This document shows, in pieces, positions 57,745 to 64,000 of a stretch of 64,000 bases of DNA. How positions within the stretch are numbered: position 1 is the first letter of the stretch; every line of letters begins with the position of its first letter. The stretch covers positions 1,358,039 through 1,422,038 of the forward strand of contig OZ241914.1 of NCBI GenBank assembly GCA_965203875.1, read 5' to 3'. The notes under the pieces are model-generated. The model made no database searches. It worked only from the letters and a program-made list of their open reading frames with translations, and was not told where the DNA came from. The translations under genes were made by a program, and so were the position numbers. The stretch is from Bdellovibrionales bacterium (GTDB lineage Bacteria; Bdellovibrionota; Bdellovibrionia; Bdellovibrionales; JAUICD01).

Positions 57745-57786
57745 CCGCCACATACCCACAAAGTAGTGTGGCATAAAACTATTTTT
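57745..57786 (+). repeat. 42-bp direct repeat, right copy
   Basis: Identical to 55759-55800 and lies 47 bp upstream of tRNA-Arg(ACG). Confidence 0.95.
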
Positions 57787-57833
57787 TGTGTAATTCTAAG
57801 TATTATTAATGTGGTTTAAGTGAAGTGTGCATT

Positions 57834-57910
57834 GCGCTCGTAGCTCAGTTGGATAGAGCTCCAGACTACGAATCTGGCGGTCGCATGTTCGAATCGTGCC
57901 GGGCGCACCA
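57834..57910 (+). tRNA. tRNA-Arg (anticodon ACG)
   Basis: gcgctcgtagctcagttggatagagctccagactacgaatctggcggtcgcatgttcgaatcgtgccgggcgcacca, with anticodon loop CT-ACG-AA, T-loop TTCGAAT and an encoded CCA. Confidence 0.95.
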
Positions 57911-57919
57911 AGTTTTATT

Positions 57920-59032
57920 ATGAGTAGTATTTCGCTAGTATTATCTGCTGGAGGAGCTAGAGGGGCGTATCAAGTTGGCGTTCTAAAAGCTTTAAAAGAA
58001 CTGTATTCGGGCAAGCGTATTCCTTTTGATGTTTTATGTGGCGTAAGCTCCGGTTCTATAAACACCGCAGCTTTAGCTTCACATGCCGATAACTTTGAAC
58101 ATGCAATAGATACACTTGAAGCAGTTTGGACCAATGTAACCTCAAGCAACGTTTTTAGAACCGACATACGAACGGTAAGTAGTATTGGCATGAAATGGCT
58201 TAAAGATCTTTCTTTGGGCGGTATTACTGGAGGCGGCTCCCCTAAGTCTCTGCTAGATACAGATCCTTTACAAAAACTTCTGGCTAAACACATACCAATA
58301 CACAGAATAAAGCAGAACGTAGACGCTGGGTATTTGAGAGCACTAACCGTAACCGCAACAAACTATTATACATCAAATGCAGTGACATTTGTTCAAGCTA
58401 AAAAAGATGTTCCGATGTGGAGGCGTACAAGGAGGATGGGTGAACACGCTGACATTGGTTTAGAGCATCTTATGGCTTCTTCATCCATCCCCATCTTTTT
58501 TCCTAGTGTCCAGATAGATGGACGGCATTTTGGAGACGGGTGTATTAGAAACACATGGCCCTTAAGCCCTGCTATCTACCTTGGTGCAAAAAAAATCCTA
58601 GCTGTTGGGGTTAGAAAAAGAACTTATGTTACAGAATCTAAAGATAAAAAACCCACACCTTCTGTAGCACACATTGCAGGTGTAATTTTAAATGCCGTTC
58701 TGTTAGATTCCATAGAGATAGACATAGTCAGAATGGATAAAATCAATCATGTTGTTAAACGCCTTCAGGATCAGTCAAAAAAATACCGACATATTGAGCA
58801 TCTTTGGATAAGCCCTTCTGAGGACATAGGTGAATTAGCCTTATCTTACTATAAAAAACTACCTAGAGTTATACGCTACCTACTTAAAGGATTAGGTCCT
58901 GATAAGCAAGTTACAGACATCGTAAGTTTTTTACTATTTGATCCTACCTATTGTAAAAAATTAATTGAACTTGGTTACAAAGATACAAAAGAGCGTTCTG
59001 GACAGATAATCCAGTTTCTAAAAACTGTTTGA
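57920..59032 (+). CDS. Patatin-like phospholipase
   Basis: LSAGGARGAY (oxyanion GGxRG), GVSSGS (GxSxG) and FGDGCIRN (catalytic Asp). The start is moved to the ATG at 57920, because the ORF-track start at 57896 lies inside the tRNA. Confidence 0.88.
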   Translation: MSSISLVLSAGGARGAYQVGVLKALKELYSGKRIPFDVLCGVSSGSINTAALASHADNFEHAIDTLEAVWTNVTSSNVFRTDIRTVSSIGMKWLKDLSLGGITGGGSPKSLLDTDPLQKLLAKHIPIHRIKQNVDAGYLRALTVTATNYYTSNAVTFVQAKKDVPMWRRTRRMGEHADIGLEHLMASSSIPIFFPSVQIDGRHFGDGCIRNTWPLSPAIYLGAKKILAVGVRKRTYVTESKDKKPTPSVAHIAGVILNAVLLDSIEIDIVRMDKINHVVKRLQDQSKKYRHIEHLWISPSEDIGELALSYYKKLPRVIRYLLKGLGPDKQVTDIVSFLLFDPTYCKKLIELGYKDTKERSGQIIQFLKTV

Positions 59033-59079
59033 CTTTATTGTGCTACGTGTTGCAAGGTACGAGAAATCCGGGGTTTTGA

Positions 59080-59460
59080 GTGTCTGAGAACAATGGCAAG
59101 TACATAACTGTTTGTTTTGTGATAGGTAGCGGCTGTGTTGCCTACGTTGCCAAAATATTGTTGGATGCACTTGCTTCAACTTGGGGCCTAGCTGCTAGGT
59201 ATGTTCAAGGTGATCTTGTCATACATGGTGTTCCTGTAGCTGTAGGTTTGATTTGTTTTATGGTTTTGCAGTTTAACCCCAGAACTGTTAAGTGGGCTGA
59301 CGAGATAATTGTAGAGGTTAAAAAAATCGTGTGGCCATCTAGAAGAGATACTGTGGCGACCAGTATAGTTGTGACATTTATGTTGATAATATCTGGCATA
59401 CTGTTAGGGGCATTTGATCTGGTCTCCAATTATTTAGTGAAATACATAATAGAGATGTAA
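59080..59460 (+). CDS. secE: Preprotein translocase subunit SecE
   Basis: 126 aa with 3 TM segments and a conserved ..[19 protein letters not shown].. block, positioned upstream of nusG. Confidence 0.85.
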   Translation: MSENNGKYITVCFVIGSGCVAYVAKILLDALASTWGLAARYVQGDLVIHGVPVAVGLICFMVLQFNPRTVKWADEIIVEVKKIVWPSRRDTVATSIVVTFMLIISGILLGAFDLVSNYLVKYIIEM

Positions 59461-59489
59461 AAGACTATAGAGATAAGGCAGAGAAAATT

Positions 59490-60059
59490 ATGAAGCAAAA
59501 AGAAAAAAAGCAAAGTTCTACTAAAAAGAAGTGGTATGTTGTGCACACTCAATCTGGATGTGAAGCTAAGGCAAAAGCTTCTATTGAGTTAAGAATTGCA
59601 CAGAACAATTTACAAGATAAATTTGGCGAAGTACTTGTGCCTTCTGAAAATGTCGTTGAGCTTGTTAAGAATCAAAAACAGACTAAGTCTAGGAAATTCT
59701 TTCCTGGCTATATCTTTGTTGAGATGGATTTAAATGAAGAAACTTGGCATTTGGTCAGAGGTTCTAATAAGGTAACTGGTTTTGTGGGTAAATCTGGTGG
59801 TGTAAGCAAACCTACTTCCATATCTGACAAGGAAGTGCAGAGAGTGACAAAGCAAATAGAAGTAGGAGCTACTAAGCCTAGACCAAAAATTACATTTCAA
59901 GAAGGAGATTCTGTCGTGGTTGTAGACGGGCCTTTTAATAACTTCAACGGAACCGTGGAAGATGTGAATGCTGAAAAAGGGAAAGTGAAGGTTTTGGTTA
60001 GCATATTTGGTAGACCTACACCAGTTGAGTTGGATTTCATACAAGTAGAAAAGACTTAA
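59490..60059 (+). CDS. nusG: Transcription termination/antitermination factor NusG
   Basis: [17 protein letters not shown]..., FPGYIFVEM and a KOW motif ([21 protein letters not shown]). Confidence 0.93.
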   Translation: MKQKEKKQSSTKKKWYVVHTQSGCEAKAKASIELRIAQNNLQDKFGEVLVPSENVVELVKNQKQTKSRKFFPGYIFVEMDLNEETWHLVRGSNKVTGFVGKSGGVSKPTSISDKEVQRVTKQIEVGATKPRPKITFQEGDSVVVVDGPFNNFNGTVEDVNAEKGKVKVLVSIFGRPTPVELDFIQVEKT

Positions 60060-60069
60060 AGGAGTTTGT

Positions 60070-60498
60070 ATGGCAAAAAAAGTAAAGGGGTTTATTAAAC
60101 TACAAATTCCTGGAGGCAAAGCTAATCCTGCTCCGCCTGTTGGTCCGGCGTTGGGTCAGCACGGCGTTAACATAATGGATTTTTGTAAAGCATTTAACGA
60201 TAAAACTAAATCTCAAATGGACATGATAACTCCCGTAGTAATAACTGTTTATGAAGATAGAACTTTTACGTTTATCACTAAAACACCTCCTGCATCTGTT
60301 TTGATCAAGAAAGCACTTAATCTTGCTAGTGGATCAAAGATGCCACAGAAAGATAAAGTAGCTAAAATATCGATGGATGTTGTTAAAGGCATTGCAGAAA
60401 AAAAGTTGCCTGATTTAAACTGTCTGTCCGTTGAATCTGCAATATCGCAGGTGATAGGCACGGCAAAAAGTATGGGTATTGAGTTAGAAGGAAGTTAA
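60070..60498 (+). CDS. rplK: 50S ribosomal protein L11
   Basis: [35 protein letters not shown]. Confidence 0.96.
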   Translation: MAKKVKGFIKLQIPGGKANPAPPVGPALGQHGVNIMDFCKAFNDKTKSQMDMITPVVITVYEDRTFTFITKTPPASVLIKKALNLASGSKMPQKDKVAKISMDVVKGIAEKKLPDLNCLSVESAISQVIGTAKSMGIELEGS

Positions 60499-60499
60499 T

Positions 60500-61186
60500 G
60501 TGAAAAAGTCAGGCGGTAAGAGAATAAGGAATTTGAAAAGCAAGTTGGAGTATAAGCCTCATCCTGTGGCCAAAGCTTTGGACATCGTTTTATCTTCGTC
60601 TAATACTAAATTTGATGAGTCTATAGATGTTGCTGTTCGTTTGGGTATAGATGTGAAAAATCCAGAGCATCAAGCCAGAGGTTCTGCTATTTTGCCGCAC
60701 GGTTTGGGCAAAAATATAAAATTATTGGTGATTGCTAAAGGTGAGAAAGTTTTGGAGGCTAAGAACGCTGGAGCTGATCATGTGGGTTCTGACGACATGA
60801 TTGATAAGATTAAAAATTCCTGGCTTGATTTTGATAAAATAATCGCAACTCCGGATATGATGGCATCTGTATCCAAGGTGGCTAAGATATTGGGACCTAA
60901 GGGTCTTATGCCAAACCCGAAAGTTGGTACCGTAACTTTTGATTTAGAAAAGACTATTAAGGCGGAAAAAAAGGGAAAGTTAAGTTTTAAATCTGACAAA
61001 TCTGGGATAGTGCATGGAGCGTTTGGAAAAAAGAGTATGGGTAAGGAAGCTCTGGAAGAAAATTTGCTTAGCTTCTTGGGTACTCTTCATAGAGGAAAAC
61101 CTTCTAATAGCAAGGGTGTGTACTTTAAGTCGGTAACTTTATCTTCTACAATGGGCCCTGGTGTACCTGTCGAGTATAAAGGTTAA
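60500..61186 (+). CDS. rplA: 50S ribosomal protein L1
   Basis: 228 aa with FDESIDVAVRLGID and GPKGLMPNPKVGTVT. Confidence 0.95.
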   Translation: MKKSGGKRIRNLKSKLEYKPHPVAKALDIVLSSSNTKFDESIDVAVRLGIDVKNPEHQARGSAILPHGLGKNIKLLVIAKGEKVLEAKNAGADHVGSDDMIDKIKNSWLDFDKIIATPDMMASVSKVAKILGPKGLMPNPKVGTVTFDLEKTIKAEKKGKLSFKSDKSGIVHGAFGKKSMGKEALEENLLSFLGTLHRGKPSNSKGVYFKSVTLSSTMGPGVPVEYKG

Positions 61187-61292
61187 AGATCTTCAATTTT
61201 ATCAAATGTTTGATTAGTGCAGCGGCAAGCCGTAAGGCCTAGAGCGTAGCTAGGAGAATATTAGAGCGCAGCTCTCAAGGTAGATTATAAAA
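61184..61292 (+). repeat. SR-1 unit (partly decayed) starting on the rplA TAA stop
   Basis: TAAagatcttcaatttt / atcaaatgtttgattag / core with gcc-gtaa-ggc ...agagcgtagc / decayed 3' arm / cagctctcaaggtagatt. Confidence 0.8.
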
Positions 61293-61376
61293 GAATTGTC
61301 TAAGGCCTCAAAGTTTTTGATAAGCACACACAGCAGCTTACCGTTTCAATTAGACAAACATCAGAATTACAAATTC

Positions 61377-62612
61377 TTATGTAGATGGACCGCATCGTGT
61401 AGACTCCACATGAAAGTAAGCATGCGATAGTGTCTCTGCTAACAGATCTCCACCACTGTCTTCATTACCACTTCCACCGTCGCCACTGTCCTTTATAAAT
61501 TGGTAAGCCAATGGTGCATCCTTTGAATATACATAGTTTTCAAATTCAATTCTATAACTACTATCTGTTCTATACATATCCTCTGGAGGCTTTATCCTAA
61601 TATAAGAATTGTTATTAATATCAGTACCGGCAGTAATTTTATTTAACGTTATATCACTACCTAATAAGTTATTGTCACTAAGCTCACAATCTGAATAATC
61701 ATCACTACTATCATCGTCACAGTTTTCGATCCTTCTAATGTCCACCATATCCAGTACACGCATAACAGAAATTGGTGCATGTCCTCTTTTATCTATATAA
61801 CTAACCAACCCATCAAAAGTAATTATAATTTCAGTACATGGGTTTACACTCATTACACCGTCAGTTTGATTCTTAAATCGTTTGCCACCAACTAAAAACT
61901 CCAGCTCTGCTGTTGGAAGTTTTATGCATGCAACCTCTTCTTTAGCACTACCTTCTTCTCCGTCGCTACCTTCTTCTTGCCTGGTCAACAAAATGTAACC
62001 GCTGTCCCCTCTATTACAAATTTGCTCAGGACCTGTAATATTATCACACGAAGCCAAACCCATAGTGGCAAGTATCAACATTGCACCACTTAAAACGGGT
62101 TTTACAAACTTAAAACCCCTAACAGGCGTGAAAAAAAGCAAAGAGCTAGCAACAGAAAATGAAAATTCTTTCTTACTACTAACATCTTGGTCCCAATCAT
62201 AAGAATCTAAATTTGAAATAGCAGACTTGCCAAAAGACTTATAGTTGCTGTCTTGAAGTATTCCCAATTTACTACAGTACAGTTGGTTTTGATAAGAAAC
62301 AGAAGAGCACAATGAATACACAAAATCTAGTATGGTATCCACACACTGCGTGTTCTCTATTAATAAATTTCCATCTTGGTCTGTTGCTTGTAATGCATCT
62401 AATATATCTTGCGATGGAACACTAGTATTGTGTGTAATCGAGTTTGCAACATCATTTAAAACTCCACATTGTGATAAGGCATCATGTAACAATTCTAAGT
62501 CTTGCTCACTAGGGGTGGTGTAACTTTCCATCCCTTGATCCAGGAAACTGTCCTGTGCATTTGCAAAAATTGAAAATAGAAAAGTTAATAAATATACCTT
62601 AAAGGCTCTCAA
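61377..62612 (-). CDS. Paralogue of the N-terminal two-thirds of 22395..25298 (signal peptide, 4-Cys domain, internal lipobox-like segment, one ~175-aa module; no protease domain)
   Basis: Collinear similarity to 22395..25298: SQCGVLNDV/SSCRVLQDV, LLIENTQCVDTILDFVYSLC/LLIDDEACRESILEFVKSLC, NQLYCSKLGI/NNLYCERLGI, KPVLSGAMLILATMGLASCDNITGPE/KPVLNGALLVLATLGLSSCNDATGPE and VACIKLPT. TTG start after GGAGGG. Confidence 0.8.
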   Translation of the reverse strand: MRAFKVYLLTFLFSIFANAQDSFLDQGMESYTTPSEQDLELLHDALSQCGVLNDVANSITHNTSVPSQDILDALQATDQDGNLLIENTQCVDTILDFVYSLCSSVSYQNQLYCSKLGILQDSNYKSFGKSAISNLDSYDWDQDVSSKKEFSFSVASSLLFFTPVRGFKFVKPVLSGAMLILATMGLASCDNITGPEQICNRGDSGYILLTRQEEGSDGEEGSAKEEVACIKLPTAELEFLVGGKRFKNQTDGVMSVNPCTEIIITFDGLVSYIDKRGHAPISVMRVLDMVDIRRIENCDDDSSDDYSDCELSDNNLLGSDITLNKITAGTDINNNSYIRIKPPEDMYRTDSSYRIEFENYVYSKDAPLAYQFIKDSGDGGSGNEDSGGDLLAETLSHAYFHVESTRCGPST

Positions 62613-62714
62613 GCATCCCTCCTAAAAAAAGACTCTCAACTTAACATTCGGATAGGGTACTTTAGATATTAAACCTTTACAGGATTATACTTTGATTTAA
62701 AAAAAATCTATTTG

Positions 62715-63061
62715 AAGGTCTAATCAAGAATTTGACAAAAGAAAACCCTTAGGGCATCTTTTTAGAATATACTTTGAGAACTGGTAAACATTTTATCAAA
62801 CAATAGCCTAGCTTCACTTTCGGCCTTTGGCCTTTCGCTACGCTTTAAGACAATGCTTTTATAGTGTACCTTGAACGAACGTTGCTTTGGCACTTTTAAT
62901 AAGCACACACTAGCTCCACTTTGACCTACGGTCGGGTCGTTATGCTCTGAACAAAAGCTTTCGGAATATACTTTGAACGTTGCACAAGGCCACAGCCTTT
63001 CAGAGCAGCAAAGCCACTCTTGCAGGCTGCGGCTCAAGGGCCTGATAATTGAAAACCCTTA
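62715..63061 (-). repeat. SR-1 array (about 3 units, rearranged), minus orientation, downstream of hsp20
   Basis: The reverse complement contains aagggttttcaatt..., three right flanks (caacgttcaaagtatattcc, caacgttcgttcaaggtacac, cagttctcaaagtatattc) and cores with gacc..ggtc and ggcc-aaa-ggcc. Confidence 0.8.
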
Positions 63062-63118
63062 ATCTTTAGACAAAAATCCAGAGCAATTCCAACACTAAAA
63101 TCCTGACTTTAAAGATAT

Positions 63119-63162
63119 AAACAAACAAGATAAGCAAAGGAGTTTTAAAGCTCCCTTGCTTA
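63119..63162 (-). terminator. Intrinsic terminator of hsp20
   Basis: 12-bp stem taagcaaaggag / ctcccttgctta (one G-U pair) with an 8-nt loop, followed on the minus strand by a T-rich run (tcttgtttgttt). Confidence 0.65.
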
Positions 63163-63172
63163 CCAAAAGTGT

Positions 63173-63649
63173 TTAATTCAACAGCTTAGCCCACACCCCT
63201 TCTTTTTTACCCGAAACAATGTTCACTTTCTTAGAACCATTCGCAGACGATTTAGCAATGGCAACCGTGAGCACTCCATTTTCATAATGTGCTTGAACAG
63301 AGTCCTCTTTAATACCGTGCGGAAGACTTATTGATCTTTCAAAGCGGCCATAGCTCTTTTCACTATAAGCACTTTCGTTATGCTCGCTTTTTCTTTCGCC
63401 ACTCACCTTGAGCGTTGCGTTGTGCACCTCAACCTTCAGATTTTTTTTATCAATACCAGGCAAATCAAAGCTGTATAAATAGTGGGTATCCTTTTCCACC
63501 ATGTCACACACAGGCATCGCACTGGAACGAACACCAGGGCTATTAAAAAGATCAAACACACCACCCAGATCGCCCGCTACATCCGCCAACATCGAAAATG
63601 GAGACCTAGCTAAACTCCTGGTAGAACCTATTTTTTCAACACTTCTCAT
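63173..63649 (-). CDS. Small heat-shock protein (Hsp20/alpha-crystallin family)
   Basis: 158 aa with an alpha-crystallin domain (YLYSFDLPGIDKKNLKVEV......GERK.....F.RSISLP......V.A.YENGVLTVAIAK). Confidence 0.9.
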   Translation of the reverse strand: MRSVEKIGSTRSLARSPFSMLADVAGDLGGVFDLFNSPGVRSSAMPVCDMVEKDTHYLYSFDLPGIDKKNLKVEVHNATLKVSGERKSEHNESAYSEKSYGRFERSISLPHGIKEDSVQAHYENGVLTVAIAKSSANGSKKVNIVSGKKEGVWAKLLN

Positions 63650-63705
63650 ACAAAACCTCCTTTTATTGTATAATCACAATATGTGTACGATTTTTTATAT
63701 GTCAA

Positions 63706-63906
63706 CCCAACCTGCGGTTGGATGCATTTGCAGCCTAACGGCTGCGGGACCTCTTAAGCAACCAAATCTGTTATACTTTGATAGAGGCTTGCAAACCTAC
63801 AGTTTGATCATTTTACTTGCCTACGGCTGATGCTTATTAAAATGATATTTGGTGACTAAAAAATGGATCAAACCGCAGGTTTGCTGGCTTACAGCCAGCC
63901 ATTTTG
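63706..63906. repeat. SR-3 cluster of REP-like hairpins
   Basis: ccaacc-tgc-ggttgg, atgcatttgcagcc-taac-ggctgc, caaacc-gca-ggtttg and gctggct-tac-agccagc, with the same linkers (catttgc / gtttgc) as at 28890-29222. Confidence 0.85.
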
Positions 63907-64000
63907 ACAAAAATGGTTATAAAATTTCATATAAAATACTAGGTAATGTTCTACGTATGCCAAAAAAGAATTTTGTTATTATAAAATGTGCACAGTCACC

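Larger units (their letters stand above)
55759..57786 (+). mobile_element. Small tRNA-Ser-associated islet (integrase-less remnant) bounded by 42-bp direct repeats
   Basis: att-like duplication of the tRNA 3' end. The cargo is a frameshifted methyltransferase-nuclease fusion and one small ORF. No recombinase ORF is visible. Confidence 0.65.

Noticed and set aside
62762-63037. ORF 62762..63037 (91 aa), and ORFs 29306..29629 and 29490..29726.
   Set aside because: They lie entirely within SR-1/SR-2 repeat DNA or an A-rich intergenic region, with no RBS or protein-like features.
62715-63061. Possibility that the repeat arrays (here and at 21.9, 42.5 kb) are CRISPR arrays.
   Set aside because: There is no constant short repeat alternating with unique spacers of fixed period. 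The units are ~95-120 bp composite elements with conserved flanks and internal palindromes, and no cas genes are present.

Overview
This is an AT-rich bacterial chromosomal window of Gram-negative type, judged from lipoboxes, an outer-membrane barrel candidate and a sigma-54 activator. The lineage cannot be fixed from sequence alone; a Bdellovibrio-like/Oligoflexia flavour is only a weak impression. About 55 protein genes and 3 tRNAs are supported.

The backbone is ordinary housekeeping:
- dnaE-guaA-guaB-miaB-rpsI-rplM-ybeY, mazG, a rhomboid protease, murJ and rpsT.
- A propionate block: asnS, carboxyltransferase, biotin carboxylase, BCCP and the methylmalonyl-CoA mutase catalytic subunit.
- galU, nfu, clpB, hemB, hemF, asd, pssA, citrate synthase, PNP, cca and meaB.
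- secE-nusG-rplK-rplA, and hsp20.

Four things stand out.

1. An accessory block (about 20.1-30.2 kb) lies between asnS and tRNA-Arg(TCT). It encodes a secreted ankyrin-repeat protein, a 967-aa metzincin (HELGHNLGLLH) and a convergent giant Cys-rich/EGF-like ORF.
   - The giant ORF has no start codon or signal peptide of its own.
   - It sits one frame off a prepilin-like N-terminus (KTGGFTMLETLIGLALV).
   - The two are separated only by a 13-nt homopolymeric G tract on the coding strand. One fewer G fuses them into a protein of about 1180 aa, so this is a candidate phase-variable surface protein.

2. A two-member paralogous family (the metzincin, and 61377..62612 inserted after rplA) has an unusual layout. 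It carries an N-terminal Sec signal, a 4-Cys domain, and then an internal, conserved lipobox-like segment.

3. There are three families of small structured intergenic repeats.
   - One starts exactly on the TAA stop codon of five unrelated genes, is always co-oriented with the upstream gene, and shows compensatory changes in two nested helices.
   - Another has a conserved 42-bp core flanked by locus-specific perfect 19-20-bp inverted repeats.

4. A 2-kb islet sits at tRNA-Ser(GCT), bounded by 42-bp direct repeats that include the tRNA 3' end. It carries a beta-class DNA methyltransferase fused to an Mrr-like nuclease domain, split by a frameshift at an A5 run.

All functional calls come from my reading of the translated ORFs (motif-level recognition). 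No database search was run.
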